In this document: piece by piece, positions 1-11,300 of the stretch
How positions within the stretch are numbered: position 1 is the first letter of the stretch
Layout of the letters: each line of letters starts with the position of its first letter
From: a virus
Taxonomy: Duplodnaviria > Caudoviricetes
Length of the DNA: 56,842 nt
Reading direction: 5' to 3' (one strand)
Virus record (IMG/VR): IMGVR_UViG_3300033182_000318
Location: 1-56,842 of that record
The notes under the pieces: model-generated
Told to the model about the DNA's origin: nothing
What the model saw: only the letters and a program-made list of their open reading frames with translations
The model's database searches: none
Program-made: the position numbers and the translations under genes

Positions 1-12
1 ATCATCATCTCT

Positions 13-3000
13 TTATAATACTACCAGACTTCCTTGAACATCTACAGTTCCTTGTATATCTAAAGGACCAGCAGCAACAGTTCCTTCTGTTGAAGCTATT
101 GTAAATGTTTCATTTGAATCCATTGTTAATTGATGTGTAAAAAATCCACCTCTAGCTGACATAGAAACATTGTTATCTATTGTTAATCTTTCTTGACCAG
201 CAGTATCTACTCTAATAATGTCTTCATCTGCCGATTCTTCTACTTGTATTAAAGTATCAGCATCTGCGTCTGAAACTGAGTTAGAACTAATTCCGCTAAG
301 TGCTGTATCTACATAAGCAGTTGTAGCTACTTTAGTAGAGTTATCGTTAGCAGTTTGTGTAGCTACAGTTACCCCAGCACTTGTAGCATTCAATACATTT
401 GTACCACCAGCAGTAAATCTTATAGTGTCATCATCAGTAGTTTGCTCTAATTCTATTTTTGTATCAGTATCATTATCGCTAAATACTGTTACAGAAGTTT
501 GTGTAGCACCAAGGTCTATATTGTCTGTAGTTCCATCATAAGCAGTAAATGGTATTGCTCCAGCTACTGAAATATTTGATAAAGTGATTGGGTCTGAAGT
601 AGCACCAGAAAGAATAACAGGTAAACTACCACCACCTGCTCCTCCAGAAGATTCAAATGTTATTGTATCTGTACCAGCATCTGTGGTAATTGTCATTCCT
701 GTACCAGCAGTAAAAGTTAAAGTATCTGTAGCTCCATCTGCTACTACATCTGATTGTCCAGATACAGAAATTGTTTTAAATGTTTCAGTAACTGTTCCAC
801 CAGATTCATTAGAAGGAACAAAATTACTTCCGTCCCATTTTAATATTTGACCAGTACTTGGAGCAGAAGTAGTTGTATCTACATCACTTAAATCATCTAT
901 ACTAGCTAAAGCTATTCTTGCATCTGCTCTTGTATCTGTATAGTAAAGATTAGTTAAACCTTCTGTAATATCGTCTGTATCGTGATTTGAAACATCACTT
1001 ACTGTTCCTGTTACATTACCAACTAAGTTTGCTGTAATTGATGAAGGTAATCCTATAGTTAAAGAATCTCCACTAACTAATACTTCTACTTCGTTAGTTG
1101 TTCCACTAAATGTTAAAGTATCAGAATCAATAATTGTTGAAGTATTTGAGCCATCAGATATTGTAAAGCTAGACATTGAACCAGCACCAGCACCTGCTAA
1201 TAAGTTAGCTACAGTCATTTTCTTTAGACCAGAAGCAGAGTTATCGTATATTAAAACTAAATCATTTGTTTCATCTATTGTTGTTTCAGCAGTTTGTCCT
1301 GTTATTACAGTTGCATCTACTGATATAGCACCAGTTGTATATGTAATACCATTACCACCAGATAAATGTGTATCTATTCTTCCAGTTGTAAAGTATAAGT
1401 TTGTAGCACCTTCAGTTAAATCGTCTGTATCTTTTAATGCGAAGTCTGTATTAAAATATGTTGAAAAGTCAGCAATAGCTAACTTAGTAGCAATACTGTT
1501 TGTTATTGTAGTTGAAAAGTTTGCATCATCACCAAGAGCAGCAGCTAATTCGTTTAAAGTATCTAATGTTGCTGGAGCAGAATCGACTAAACTAGCTATT
1601 TCAGTATCTACATAAGACTGTGTTGCATAACTATTAGTTGTTAAATATGAACTTACTCTCGCATCTGTATAGTAAAGGTTAGTACCTTCGGTTAAATCTG
1701 TTGTTGATTTACCACTAAAAGCAGTATCAAATCTAGCCGTTGTGTAATAAAGATTTGTTCCTTCAGTTAAATTAGTTGTAGTTTTTCCAGAAAAATCTGT
1801 ATCAAACCGAGTGCTTGTGTAATAAAGATTTGTTCCCTCAGCAACATCATCTGTATCTATTGTGATATTTACCCAATTAGCTCCGTTATATTGTAAAAAT
1901 TGACTTGTAGTTAAAGTTGTTATAGAAACATCATTCATTTCAGATAGTTCATTTTCAGCAGCTACAGCACTATCAACATATGATTGTGTAGCGTAACTAT
2001 TTGTTGTTAAATAACTACTTACTCTTGTATCTGTATAATAAAGATTGGTAGAACCTTCTGTTAAGTCGTCAGTATCTTTAGCAGTAAAAGCTGTATCAAA
2101 TCTAGCTTGTGTATAGAATAAATTTGTTCCTTCTGTTATATCATCTGTATCTGGAACTACATTTACCCAAGCTGTTCCATTGTATTGTAAGAATTCTCCA
2201 GTAGCTAAAGATGTCAAAGTGACATCATTCATTTCGCTTATTTCATTTTCTGTTGCCACTGCATTATCTACATAGGTTTGTGTAGCATAGCTGTTAGTTG
2301 TTAAATAAGAACCAACTCTTGCATCTGTATAATAAAGATTTGTTGCTCCTTCAGTTAAGTCATCTGTATCTTTTCCTGAAAAAGCTGTATCAAACCTTGC
2401 AGTTGTATAATAAAGGTTTGTACCTTCTGTTAAGTCGGTAGTTGTTTTACCACTAAAATCTGTATCAAATCTTGTTGAAGTGTAATATAAATTAGTAGCA
2501 CCTTCTGATAAATCATCAGTATCTTTTAAAGCGAAATCTGTATCAAAATATGTAGAGAAATCTGTTATTGCTAATTTAGTTGCAATGCTATTTGTAATAG
2601 TTGTAGAGAAGTTAGCGTCATCTCCTAACGCAGCTGCTAATTCATTAAGTGTATCTAAAGTAGCTGGTGCTGAATCAACTAAGTTTGCAATTTCTGTATC
2701 TACATAAGTTTGAGTTGCGTAACTGTTTGTAGTTAAATATGAACTAACTCTAGTGTCAGTATAATAAAGATTAGTTAATCCTTCTGTTAAATCATCTGTG
2801 TCTTTAGTAGAGAACTGTGTATCAAACCTAGCATTTGTAAAATATAAATTAGTTGTTCCTTCGCTAATATCATCTGTATCAAAAACAATATCGGCAGAAC
2901 CATCAAAAGCTACACCATTAATATATCTTTCTGTTTCTAATTCAGCAGCTTTATATGCTATAAATCCTATGTCAGTAGCATCAATATTATTAGCTAATTC

Positions 3001-3207
3001 ATTTACAGTTATTTCACTTAATGTAGATAAACCACCTAAGCCTAAATTTGTTCTAGCATCAGCAGCACTATCAGCTCCAGTACCACCATGTATAATTGGA
3101 ACTACGTGTCTATTAGTTACTGTATCTTCAAACTCAACAAACGTAGTAGGATTACCGTCACCATCATAAGTAACTGATATTGGTTTCTTTTCTATTATTG
3201 TTGGCAT
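13..3207 (-). CDS. Long repetitive tail fiber / virion structural protein
   Basis: 1064 aa, Thr/Asp-rich; many TDDLTEG-TNLYYT repeats; duplicated LVDSAPATLDTLNELAAALGDD block; follows tail genes. Confidence 0.75.
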   Translation of the reverse strand: MPTIIEKKPISVTYDGDGNPTTFVEFEDTVTNRHVVPIIHGGTGADSAADARTNLGLGGLSTLSEITVNELANNIDATDIGFIAYKAAELETERYINGVAFDGSADIVFDTDDISEGTTNLYFTNARFDTQFSTKDTDDLTEGLTNLYYTDTRVSSYLTTNSYATQTYVDTEIANLVDSAPATLDTLNELAAALGDDANFSTTITNSIATKLAITDFSTYFDTDFALKDTDDLSEGATNLYYTSTRFDTDFSGKTTTDLTEGTNLYYTTARFDTAFSGKDTDDLTEGATNLYYTDARVGSYLTTNSYATQTYVDNAVATENEISEMNDVTLTSLATGEFLQYNGTAWVNVVPDTDDITEGTNLFYTQARFDTAFTAKDTDDLTEGSTNLYYTDTRVSSYLTTNSYATQSYVDSAVAAENELSEMNDVSITTLTTSQFLQYNGANWVNITIDTDDVAEGTNLYYTSTRFDTDFSGKTTTNLTEGTNLYYTTARFDTAFSGKSTTDLTEGTNLYYTDARVSSYLTTNSYATQSYVDTEIASLVDSAPATLDTLNELAAALGDDANFSTTITNSIATKLAIADFSTYFNTDFALKDTDDLTEGATNLYFTTGRIDTHLSGGNGITYTTGAISVDATVITGQTAETTIDETNDLVLIYDNSASGLKKMTVANLLAGAGAGSMSSFTISDGSNTSTIIDSDTLTFSGTTNEVEVLVSGDSLTIGLPSSITANLVGNVTGTVSDVSNHDTDDITEGLTNLYYTDTRADARIALASIDDLSDVDTTTSAPSTGQILKWDGSNFVPSNESGGTVTETFKTISVSGQSDVVADGATDTLTFTAGTGMTITTDAGTDTITFESSGGAGGGSLPVILSGATSDPITLSNISVAGAIPFTAYDGTTDNIDLGATQTSVTVFSDNDTDTKIELEQTTDDDTIRFTAGGTNVLNATSAGVTVATQTANDNSTKVATTAYVDTALSGISSNSVSDADADTLIQVEESADEDIIRVDTAGQERLTIDNNVSMSARGGFFTHQLTMDSNETFTIASTEGTVAAGPLDIQGTVDVQGSLVVL

Positions 3208-3208
3208 A

Positions 3209-4021
3209 TTATACTAACATCTCCTCAGCATCTAGGTTATATGAATTTCCACTACTATCAAGTAAAGAAACTTGTAAAGTAGAACCATCAGACTTAGCAG
3301 AAGGAAAGAAACTTAAATCAGTTCCATCTGAATCTATAAAATCCCATACTTGTATTTCTCTTGCATAACTTCCATCATTAATAAAATAAGGTTCGGCTTC
3401 TATTTTATCTGTTGTTCCATTTGATTGTGTAAAAGGTAATCCTTTCCATCCTGGTCGCCAAGTATCAGTATCAACAATACTTCCGCCACCAGTTGAAGCA
3501 ATAGTTAAAGTTTTATTGATAGCATCTGCTGTTAAAGTAATATTACTTCCAGCAATAAACTCTAAAGTATCTGAAGTGCTATCAGAAACAATATCAGTTC
3601 CACCTACAGTTATTGTATTGAATGAATTAGGTAATGTTTGTGGATTAGACCAACTGATATTTCCATATCCATCTGTTTTTAAAACTTGATTTGCTGTACC
3701 TGTATTACCATTAATTTTTAATTTAGCTGAAAGAATATCAACCATACCATCTGTTTGTATTTTGATAGCAGGAACACCATAAGCAGCTAAGTAAACAGGA
3801 TGTTCTTGTGTTGTACCAAGAGTTAAAGATTGATTAGAAAGAACAGACATACCGTCCAAATACAAGAAAGCATTTGAACCAGTTACACCAGCAGATTCTA
3901 CGTGTACAGTAGCATTTCCTACTTGTATTCCAGATACACCATCTTCAAAAGTCCAAGCATCAGAACCACTTGGATTAGTTAATAATTGAACAGAAGTATT
4001 TTGATGTGTAGTTAAACTCAT
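3209..4021 (-). CDS. Putative tail/virion structural protein
   Basis: 270 aa; GTANQVLKTDGYGNISW fiber-type motif; lies in tail operon. Confidence 0.55.
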   Translation of the reverse strand: MSLTTHQNTSVQLLTNPSGSDAWTFEDGVSGIQVGNATVHVESAGVTGSNAFLYLDGMSVLSNQSLTLGTTQEHPVYLAAYGVPAIKIQTDGMVDILSAKLKINGNTGTANQVLKTDGYGNISWSNPQTLPNSFNTITVGGTDIVSDSTSDTLEFIAGSNITLTADAINKTLTIASTGGGSIVDTDTWRPGWKGLPFTQSNGTTDKIEAEPYFINDGSYAREIQVWDFIDSDGTDLSFFPSAKSDGSTLQVSLLDSSGNSYNLDAEEMLV

Positions 4022-7000
4022 GATTCTAATGCCTCAACTCTAGCGGTTAATTCTTGAATAGCATTTATTAATATATATATCAATGGTCTTTCAGCATAGC
4101 TTTTAGTATTTTGTACAAATTCACCATCAACCATTATTCCTAATTCTTCTTCTGTTTCATTTCCTTCTTTATCAGTAACTATATGAGTATTAGGAGCAGT
4201 ATCAACTAACTCTGGCATAACTTCTTCTAGTTCTTGTGCTAATAATCCATATTGAACTTCTGTATTTTCTGGGAATGGTCTTACATCATCTTTCCAATCA
4301 TATGTTATTGGTCTTAATTGATTTATTTCATTTAATCCATATCCTAAATCTGTAATATTTTCTTTTAATCTCTCATCTGAATATGGAGTGTAAATTGTAT
4401 AAGAACCGCCAGAAGAATTAAATCCATATAAATATGCACCAGAACCAGCACCAACAACTCTAATACCTAAAGAGCTAAAGTTTCTATAAAGATTAACTGT
4501 TCCACCATTACCTCTAAAGTCATCTCCAGATGTCCAACCGTCTGCATCCATGTGTGTAGAAACATCAATTCTTGTAGCGTTTAACTGACCTACTTGTGTT
4601 AAAGTATTACCAGCTAAGCTAACTGTGCCATTAACACCTAAACCACCAGTACCAACATTTAAGGCATCTAAAGAACCTGTTCCTGTTAATGTACCTGCAT
4701 CAACAGTAGTACCCGTTATAGTTCCGCCAGATATTCTATCTGCCGACATAGTACCAGTAGTTATATCGTTAGCACTAACAGAAAAAGCAGTAACTTTACT
4801 AAAAGATACAGATTGTATTTTGCTATCAGTTACAGCATTATTTGCTATCTTAGCTTCAACAACTGCATTAGCAGCTATCTTCGCAGCTTCTACTGCGTTA
4901 CTAGCTATCTTTGCTGCGTCTATTGCACTATTTTGAATTTTAGCATTACTAACAGCACTATTAGCTATCATACTTTCGACAATACTTATTGAATCAGCAC
5001 TTAATTTATTAAAATCTAAAGAGCCAGCAGATATTCTATCTGCACTTAATGTTCCACCAGTTATATTATCTGCTGATAAATTAGAAACAGTAATAACACT
5101 TGCATCTATTGTTCCAGCAGTTATTTTATCTGCTGATAAAGAATTTATCTTAGCATTTGTTACTTGTGCGTCACCAATCTTAGCAGTTGTTATTTGAGCG
5201 TCACCAATATGAGCAGTTGCAATAGCAGCAGTAGCTATATGTTGTGAATCTACTAATTCAGCACTAGCACTTTGTTCTGTACTAGGAACACTTTCGTTAC
5301 CACTTCTATCTACCGCAGTAAATCTAAAATAACTTACATCAGTTGAATCTAAAGATATAACACCTTGAACAGGAATTTGAGAAAATATATTTGCATAAGT
5401 AACAGGTATTTCTCCTAACTTACTATCACTATTAACAGTAAAACCAGAAGTTGTCGAACCATAAACATTTAATCGTTCTATATCTCTTTCTAATGTGTAA
5501 TCATTTAATTCGCCTTGCTTACCTAAACTATGTGTAATTAAAACTCTTAATGGAGAAGTAGCAATAGTATCTGCTTGTTTAGGTTGAGATGGAGCAGTTG
5601 TATCTGGAGGAATAGCTACAGTTATATTTGTACTATAAGTACTTTCATAACCTTTTGTATCTACCGCAGTTACACCAATATGATATGAAGTTCCTGTGAT
5701 TAATCCGTATATTGTTACATCTGTATCGTTCCATTCAGTAGCAACATATTGATAACCAGTAGAACTTGTTGGTTTATATCTAATTCTATATTGGTAACCA
5801 TCTGTCATAACAGTACCATCTGTATTATTTGGTTCGTCCCAAGTTACAGCAATAGCACCTTCTGTAATACCTTCGTTATTTAGATATGTAGATACAGTTC
5901 CAGCTACGCTTCCTGGTGTATCTGGTACTGAACCTAAATCTGCATATTTATCTTGAATTAATCTTCCAGAATATTTTAAATCATCAATTAAACTTCTTGG
6001 ACTTTCTCCAACTTCAATAGTTGCTTCGCCAGTATCATATTCAACATATCCACTTAAATCTGTATAATTTCCATCTTTATCTCTGTGATAAACACCAGCA
6101 CCAGCAGAGATTGGAAATGTAATTCCGAGCACACGAATTGAAACAGGATGGATGGTTTGTCCACGATATTCAACTTCGTTTGTTTCATCAACAAAATCAA
6201 TATCAGGGTCATAAACATAAACATAATCTCCAGTATTATATTCCCCATTAATATCGTATATTTCTGTAACTAATCTAATAGTTTGTTTTGTTCTGTTAAA
6301 TTCATCTAATGTAGCTGTAGCTCTAACATCTTTTTGATTGTATGGAATATTTGCTTCAGATACTAAAGCAGTTCTTTTTAATTCATTACCAAATAAATCT
6401 TTATATGGTATAGATGATTGTGTAGCTAAACCTTCTGTTACACTAAATCCAGCATCTTCTCCTAATAATCTAACTTCTGAAACATAATCTTCCGCATTAA
6501 ATTCAGACTTTAATTGTGATATTTGAACACCAGTTATATTTGGGTCATCACCACCTTGATTTCTAACAATTACTGTAGTTGGTGTTGTAGTAAATAAATT
6601 AGAAGCACTACCAACATCAATTTCACCATTTGGTTTTATTTTGTATTCAGCATCAGTAACAACACATATTTGTTCTAATGCTGTTTTTGCATTTGTATAA
6701 ATAAATCTACCAGTAAAGTTAGTTCCTGTTTCAGTTACTGTTCCTTTAATTAAACCACCAGTATTACCAGCATCATCTCTTAAAATACCATAAGGAACAG
6801 TATTGCTATCTAAAGCAGTAGCAATAGAAACATTATTAAAAGACCTAGTTGGTGTATTTATCATACGACCACGATTATCTTTATCTCCTAGCCATACACC
6901 TAAACCTTTTCCAACTAATGTCATAGTGCTACCATCAGTTTCTTTTCTTAAAATAACACCTGTGTATCTAGCACTTGATAAAATAGTATTATCATCAAAT

Positions 7001-7140
7001 TGGTCTGGAGATAAAGGTTGTGGTGTAACAATGATATGTGACCAACCAGCTAACTTATTCAATACAGAAGTAGGCGTAGTAGTTACATTTAATCTTAGGT
7101 CAAAACGACCATCTCCCATTAATTTTTCTGTTACGCTCAT
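4018..7140 (-). CDS. Tail tip/host-specificity protein with FN3-like domain and C-terminal intramolecular chaperone (peptidase S74-like)
   Basis: FN3-like VTWDEP...GLITGTSYHIGVTAVD; ITTAKI repeats; C-terminal SDERLKENITDL...QLRPITYDWK...AIQELTARVEALE. Confidence 0.8.
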   Translation of the reverse strand: MSVTEKLMGDGRFDLRLNVTTTPTSVLNKLAGWSHIIVTPQPLSPDQFDDNTILSSARYTGVILRKETDGSTMTLVGKGLGVWLGDKDNRGRMINTPTRSFNNVSIATALDSNTVPYGILRDDAGNTGGLIKGTVTETGTNFTGRFIYTNAKTALEQICVVTDAEYKIKPNGEIDVGSASNLFTTTPTTVIVRNQGGDDPNITGVQISQLKSEFNAEDYVSEVRLLGEDAGFSVTEGLATQSSIPYKDLFGNELKRTALVSEANIPYNQKDVRATATLDEFNRTKQTIRLVTEIYDINGEYNTGDYVYVYDPDIDFVDETNEVEYRGQTIHPVSIRVLGITFPISAGAGVYHRDKDGNYTDLSGYVEYDTGEATIEVGESPRSLIDDLKYSGRLIQDKYADLGSVPDTPGSVAGTVSTYLNNEGITEGAIAVTWDEPNNTDGTVMTDGYQYRIRYKPTSSTGYQYVATEWNDTDVTIYGLITGTSYHIGVTAVDTKGYESTYSTNITVAIPPDTTAPSQPKQADTIATSPLRVLITHSLGKQGELNDYTLERDIERLNVYGSTTSGFTVNSDSKLGEIPVTYANIFSQIPVQGVISLDSTDVSYFRFTAVDRSGNESVPSTEQSASAELVDSQHIATAAIATAHIGDAQITTAKIGDAQVTNAKINSLSADKITAGTIDASVITVSNLSADNITGGTLSADRISAGSLDFNKLSADSISIVESMIANSAVSNAKIQNSAIDAAKIASNAVEAAKIAANAVVEAKIANNAVTDSKIQSVSFSKVTAFSVSANDITTGTMSADRISGGTITGTTVDAGTLTGTGSLDALNVGTGGLGVNGTVSLAGNTLTQVGQLNATRIDVSTHMDADGWTSGDDFRGNGGTVNLYRNFSSLGIRVVGAGSGAYLYGFNSSGGSYTIYTPYSDERLKENITDLGYGLNEINQLRPITYDWKDDVRPFPENTEVQYGLLAQELEEVMPELVDTAPNTHIVTDKEGNETEEELGIMVDGEFVQNTKSYAERPLIYILINAIQELTARVEALES

Positions 7141-8333
7141 GGCTTAACTGGTTTAACTATCTCGTATACACTATCTAAATATTGGCTATATACATTTGCA
7201 GCAGTATCAAAAGAATTTGCACTACTACCGTCTAAAACATAACCAACCATAATTCTAAATTTATCAGATGAAGTTCTAGTCATACCACCATTAGTTTCGT
7301 CAAAAGTAACTGTATTTGCAGAACCTAATAAATATCTAGTTGTACTTACATCTGATTCTATATATTTTTCATCTACTTCTGCTGTACCAGCTTCTGGTGT
7401 AGTCAAACTTATTTTCATATTTGCAGAAGTCCATTGTGTTAATAATATTGTTGCGTGATGTGCACCTCTACGAAGTGAGAAATCAGCAGTTAATACTCCG
7501 CTACCATTTGCGTTGTAATGACTTGTTAATCTAACAACTACTTGTTCTGGAGAATTTCTTAATACTGATAATGTTTTCCAACCCCTAAATTCAGCTAAGG
7601 AAGAACCACTTTCTATTTTATATTCTTTGGAAGTACCAAAAGCAGAACCACTATAAATACTTGTAGTAAATCTGCTTTCACTAGCTCCTTCTCCAAAATC
7701 AAGTTTAATTATTCCATTAGTGATATAGCTATTTGTGATTGGTGATTGAACAAATAAAGAAGTTCTCACTTTATTACCAATAACAACCTTCGCACTTCCT
7801 TTATAAAAATCCCCTTGGTCTGCTGACCAAAATGCAGAACCAGCTTTTAAAGTTGAACCGTATCGAATATATTGTGTTCCTGCATCTGTAGTTCTAGTTA
7901 CTGTGCTAAAAGATTGTTCAGCATCATAATTGTAATGCCCAACAGGTAAACCATGCCATTGTCCATTACTTGTAGAACTTATACCAAAGTTATTATCTAA
8001 GATTGCACCAGAAAACCTTGATTCGAATTTAACATTATTTGCATCACCTAATTGATTTACAGTAATACGATAACCAAATCCACCAAAACTAATTTTTTGC
8101 ATAGAAATACTTGCATTTATTATCTGACAATATCCATTTAATGTATCATCACCAGTATAAGAAAAAGGAACTGTTTCTCCCATAGAAGCTAAACCAGTTA
8201 GTTCATCTCTAAGATATTTCATATCTGCTATATCAGAATTATTTAATCTACCTGAGAAAGATAAGAAACCACTTTCATCAATAGATAATGTAGCAGGTGA
8301 TGTTATTGTTAATCTTCCTATTGTTAAACTCAT
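7137..8333 (-). CDS. Minor tail protein (distal-tail position)
   Basis: 398 aa, directly downstream of tape measure with overlapping stop/start. Confidence 0.6.
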   Translation of the reverse strand: MSLTIGRLTITSPATLSIDESGFLSFSGRLNNSDIADMKYLRDELTGLASMGETVPFSYTGDDTLNGYCQIINASISMQKISFGGFGYRITVNQLGDANNVKFESRFSGAILDNNFGISSTSNGQWHGLPVGHYNYDAEQSFSTVTRTTDAGTQYIRYGSTLKAGSAFWSADQGDFYKGSAKVVIGNKVRTSLFVQSPITNSYITNGIIKLDFGEGASESRFTTSIYSGSAFGTSKEYKIESGSSLAEFRGWKTLSVLRNSPEQVVVRLTSHYNANGSGVLTADFSLRRGAHHATILLTQWTSANMKISLTTPEAGTAEVDEKYIESDVSTTRYLLGSANTVTFDETNGGMTRTSSDKFRIMVGYVLDGSSANSFDTAANVYSQYLDSVYEIVKPVKP

Positions 8334-11300
8334 CTACTTAACAATCCTCCTCTACCTTCTTCTTCTAGCTTAACTAATTCACGTCTAATATTTTCTGCAA
8401 TATTTCTAGCAACTATTGTATCAGTTGGGAAACCAGTTACATTAACAGTTACATTAGCACCACCTAAGCTCATACCTGAGTTTTCAATAGGTGTAATTTT
8501 TGTACCACTACCAGTTGATTGAATTAATTCCATACCACGCTCACCAACTACACCCATACCGCCTGTTGGTAAGAAGCCACCTTTTTTATATCCTAAGATT
8601 TGACCTGGTTTAATTAAGTTTGGATTACCACCAATAATGTTTTTGTTCTTGTCATATAAATCTTGCCAACTAATTCCTAAAGCATTAGCAATACTTCCTA
8701 GTGTATCTCCAGCTTTAACAGTATATGAACCACCAGTCATAGCTCCTGTAGAACTTAAAGAATTTAAAGTTGTATATTTAGATATCAAACCATCAACCTG
8801 AGTAGTAGCTATACCAGCAGAAGTAGCTATTGAAGTAAAGAAAGCAACTTGTTGTGCTGTTAAATTAGGAAGGCTTTGAGATATTGTCATTAAGTCAGCT
8901 TCTGCGTTAGCTAATCGCAATGTAGCTTGTGCTTGATTATCTACAGCTTCAGCTATTTCGTTTGGTAAATCTTTTTCTCTTTTTTGTAAATCAGTTAATT
9001 GTTGTTCAGCATCTAATAATTCTCTAGTAGGAGCATCAGCGTCTTTAACTGCTTGTGCTAATTCTTCTTCGGCAACAGCTAATTCTAAAGTAGCATCTTG
9101 ACCTTCTTCAACTGCTTTAGCTAAGAAATCTCTTTTTCTAGTTAAATCTCTAATTCTTAATTGTTCAGCAGCAGTTCTTTGAGCATCTCTTTCTCTTAAC
9201 TCATCAACTCGTTTTTGAGCATCTGCTAAATTATTAGTAATATTAGCTTGTTCATCTAATAGTCTATTTAAGTTAGCAGTGGCTGAAACTAATCCTCTAT
9301 TAGCAGATAGTTTAGATAATCTAGCTGATATAAAATCAACAACATCTACGAAGCCTTGCATTTGTTCATCAAATTCAGAAACAAAATCTCCAGCTAAATT
9401 TTTAGTAATCTTATCAATCTCACCTTTAACATCAGAATTAACAAAAACTCTATTGTAGAATGTCATTAAATCATCTTTAGTCATGTTTATGTTTTTGTCA
9501 TCTAATAATTGTTTAGCAAAATTCAATGGTATATTTTCAGCAGTAAAGAATTGTGCGTCAGTACCAAATTGACTTAATATATTTTTTTGCATACCAGAGT
9601 TGAATGCAGAACCTATCTCTCCACCAGCTTCTTCAAATTCTTTTTCTATTTCAGAAAATACAGGAGGTAATGCACTACCAAATACTTCTAAGAAAAATTT
9701 AGGATTATTTTCAGCAATAAGCATTTCAATAAATCTACCCATACCATCAGGGTCAGCTAATATTTCTTCAATTAGTTTTGTTGTTCCAGTTCCTTCTTTT
9801 CTAAATACATCAACTAATCCTGCTAAACCAGCTTCGGCTAATCCTGTTAATGCTGCTTCAAAATCAGTTTGCCTTTGTAACTTAACAACTATTTGTGCAA
9901 TAAACTCATCTATGCTGGTATCAATATCTTCTGGTATATCTGAGAAAGCATTAAACCCATCACGTAATCCGTCTTTGATACTTGTATTGAAATAATCTAA
10001 AGCAGATTTAATTGCTCCAGTTCCTTCTTCAATACCTTCACCTGTTTTAGTACCAACATCAATTCCTAATTGTCGTAATGCTTCGACTTCAGCTTCTAAC
10101 AAAGGTTCGTTTTCTTCTATTGTTTCTATAATGCCTAATAGAAGACGAGCTGTGTCTGCTTTAGCTCTATTACCAGCATCTCTCATAGCAGCAGTTCCGC
10201 CTAATCTAGTTAGTGCGTCATTAAAATCATCTATACTACTAACGCCATTTATTAAACCAGCTTTACTTTCATCTATTTCTTTTAGTAAATCTGCTATTTG
10301 TGTTTTAATCTTAAAAGCATCACCAGAATTTGCACCATTTTTAATAGCTTCAAATAAGGTATTAATATCAACACCTGCATCGTTTAATAGTTTAAGTTTT
10401 TCTCTAGGATTATCTCCTAACATTTGTTCTAATAAATTAAGTTTTTGTTCTGGAGTTAATTCAGACATATTAGCTCTAAGTTCTGCAACTGCATCTATAA
10501 AGTTAGCAGTTTCCATTTGACCTTGTATTATCTTTGCAACAATTAATCCAATTACACCTAAAGCAACTGAGAAAGAAGCAGCTAAAGTTTTAACACTTGC
10601 TGATAAACCAAGAACAGAAACAGAAGTTGCTTGCATTGTTGTTTTTAAAACAGCGAAAGCAGCTTTATAAGACATTACACCTATAACGCCTGAAACTAAT
10701 AATAAACCTAAATTTCTAACTAAAAATATTGTCATTTTAATTGCAATACTTCCTTGATTATAAGCATTCGTTAAACCTGCTACTGCTTGTGCTACTGATT
10801 TAACTGCTGGTAAAAATGCTTCACCCAAACTAATTTTTAAATCATTAATAGCATTATCCATCAAAATTAATTGAGAAGTTGTTGTTTCTACTCTCTTTTG
10901 AAACTCTATCTCTAACGCATTACCAGTATCTTCAATACCCTCTTGGGCTCTTGCTAAATCGAGAGCTTTAAAAAATTCAGGAGCTGCTTGTGATGACCTT
11001 AAAAGAACATCTCTAACACGAACTGCATTTAAACCAAGTTTTTCCATAACAGCAAATACATCTTCACCATCTTCTTTCATTTGGTTTAATCCATTTAAGA
11101 AAGCAGCTACAGCTAAAGCAGCATCTTCTTCAAATGCTTTTCTAAAATCTGCTGTTGTCATTCCAGCAACTCTAGCTAGTGTATTTAATTGTTCACCACC
11201 AGTTCTAGTTGCTTGTTGAACTGCTACCAAGAAACGACTTAATGCAGTACCACCAAGTTCAGCTCTAACACCAACTTGTGAAATAGCAGCAGACATAGCA

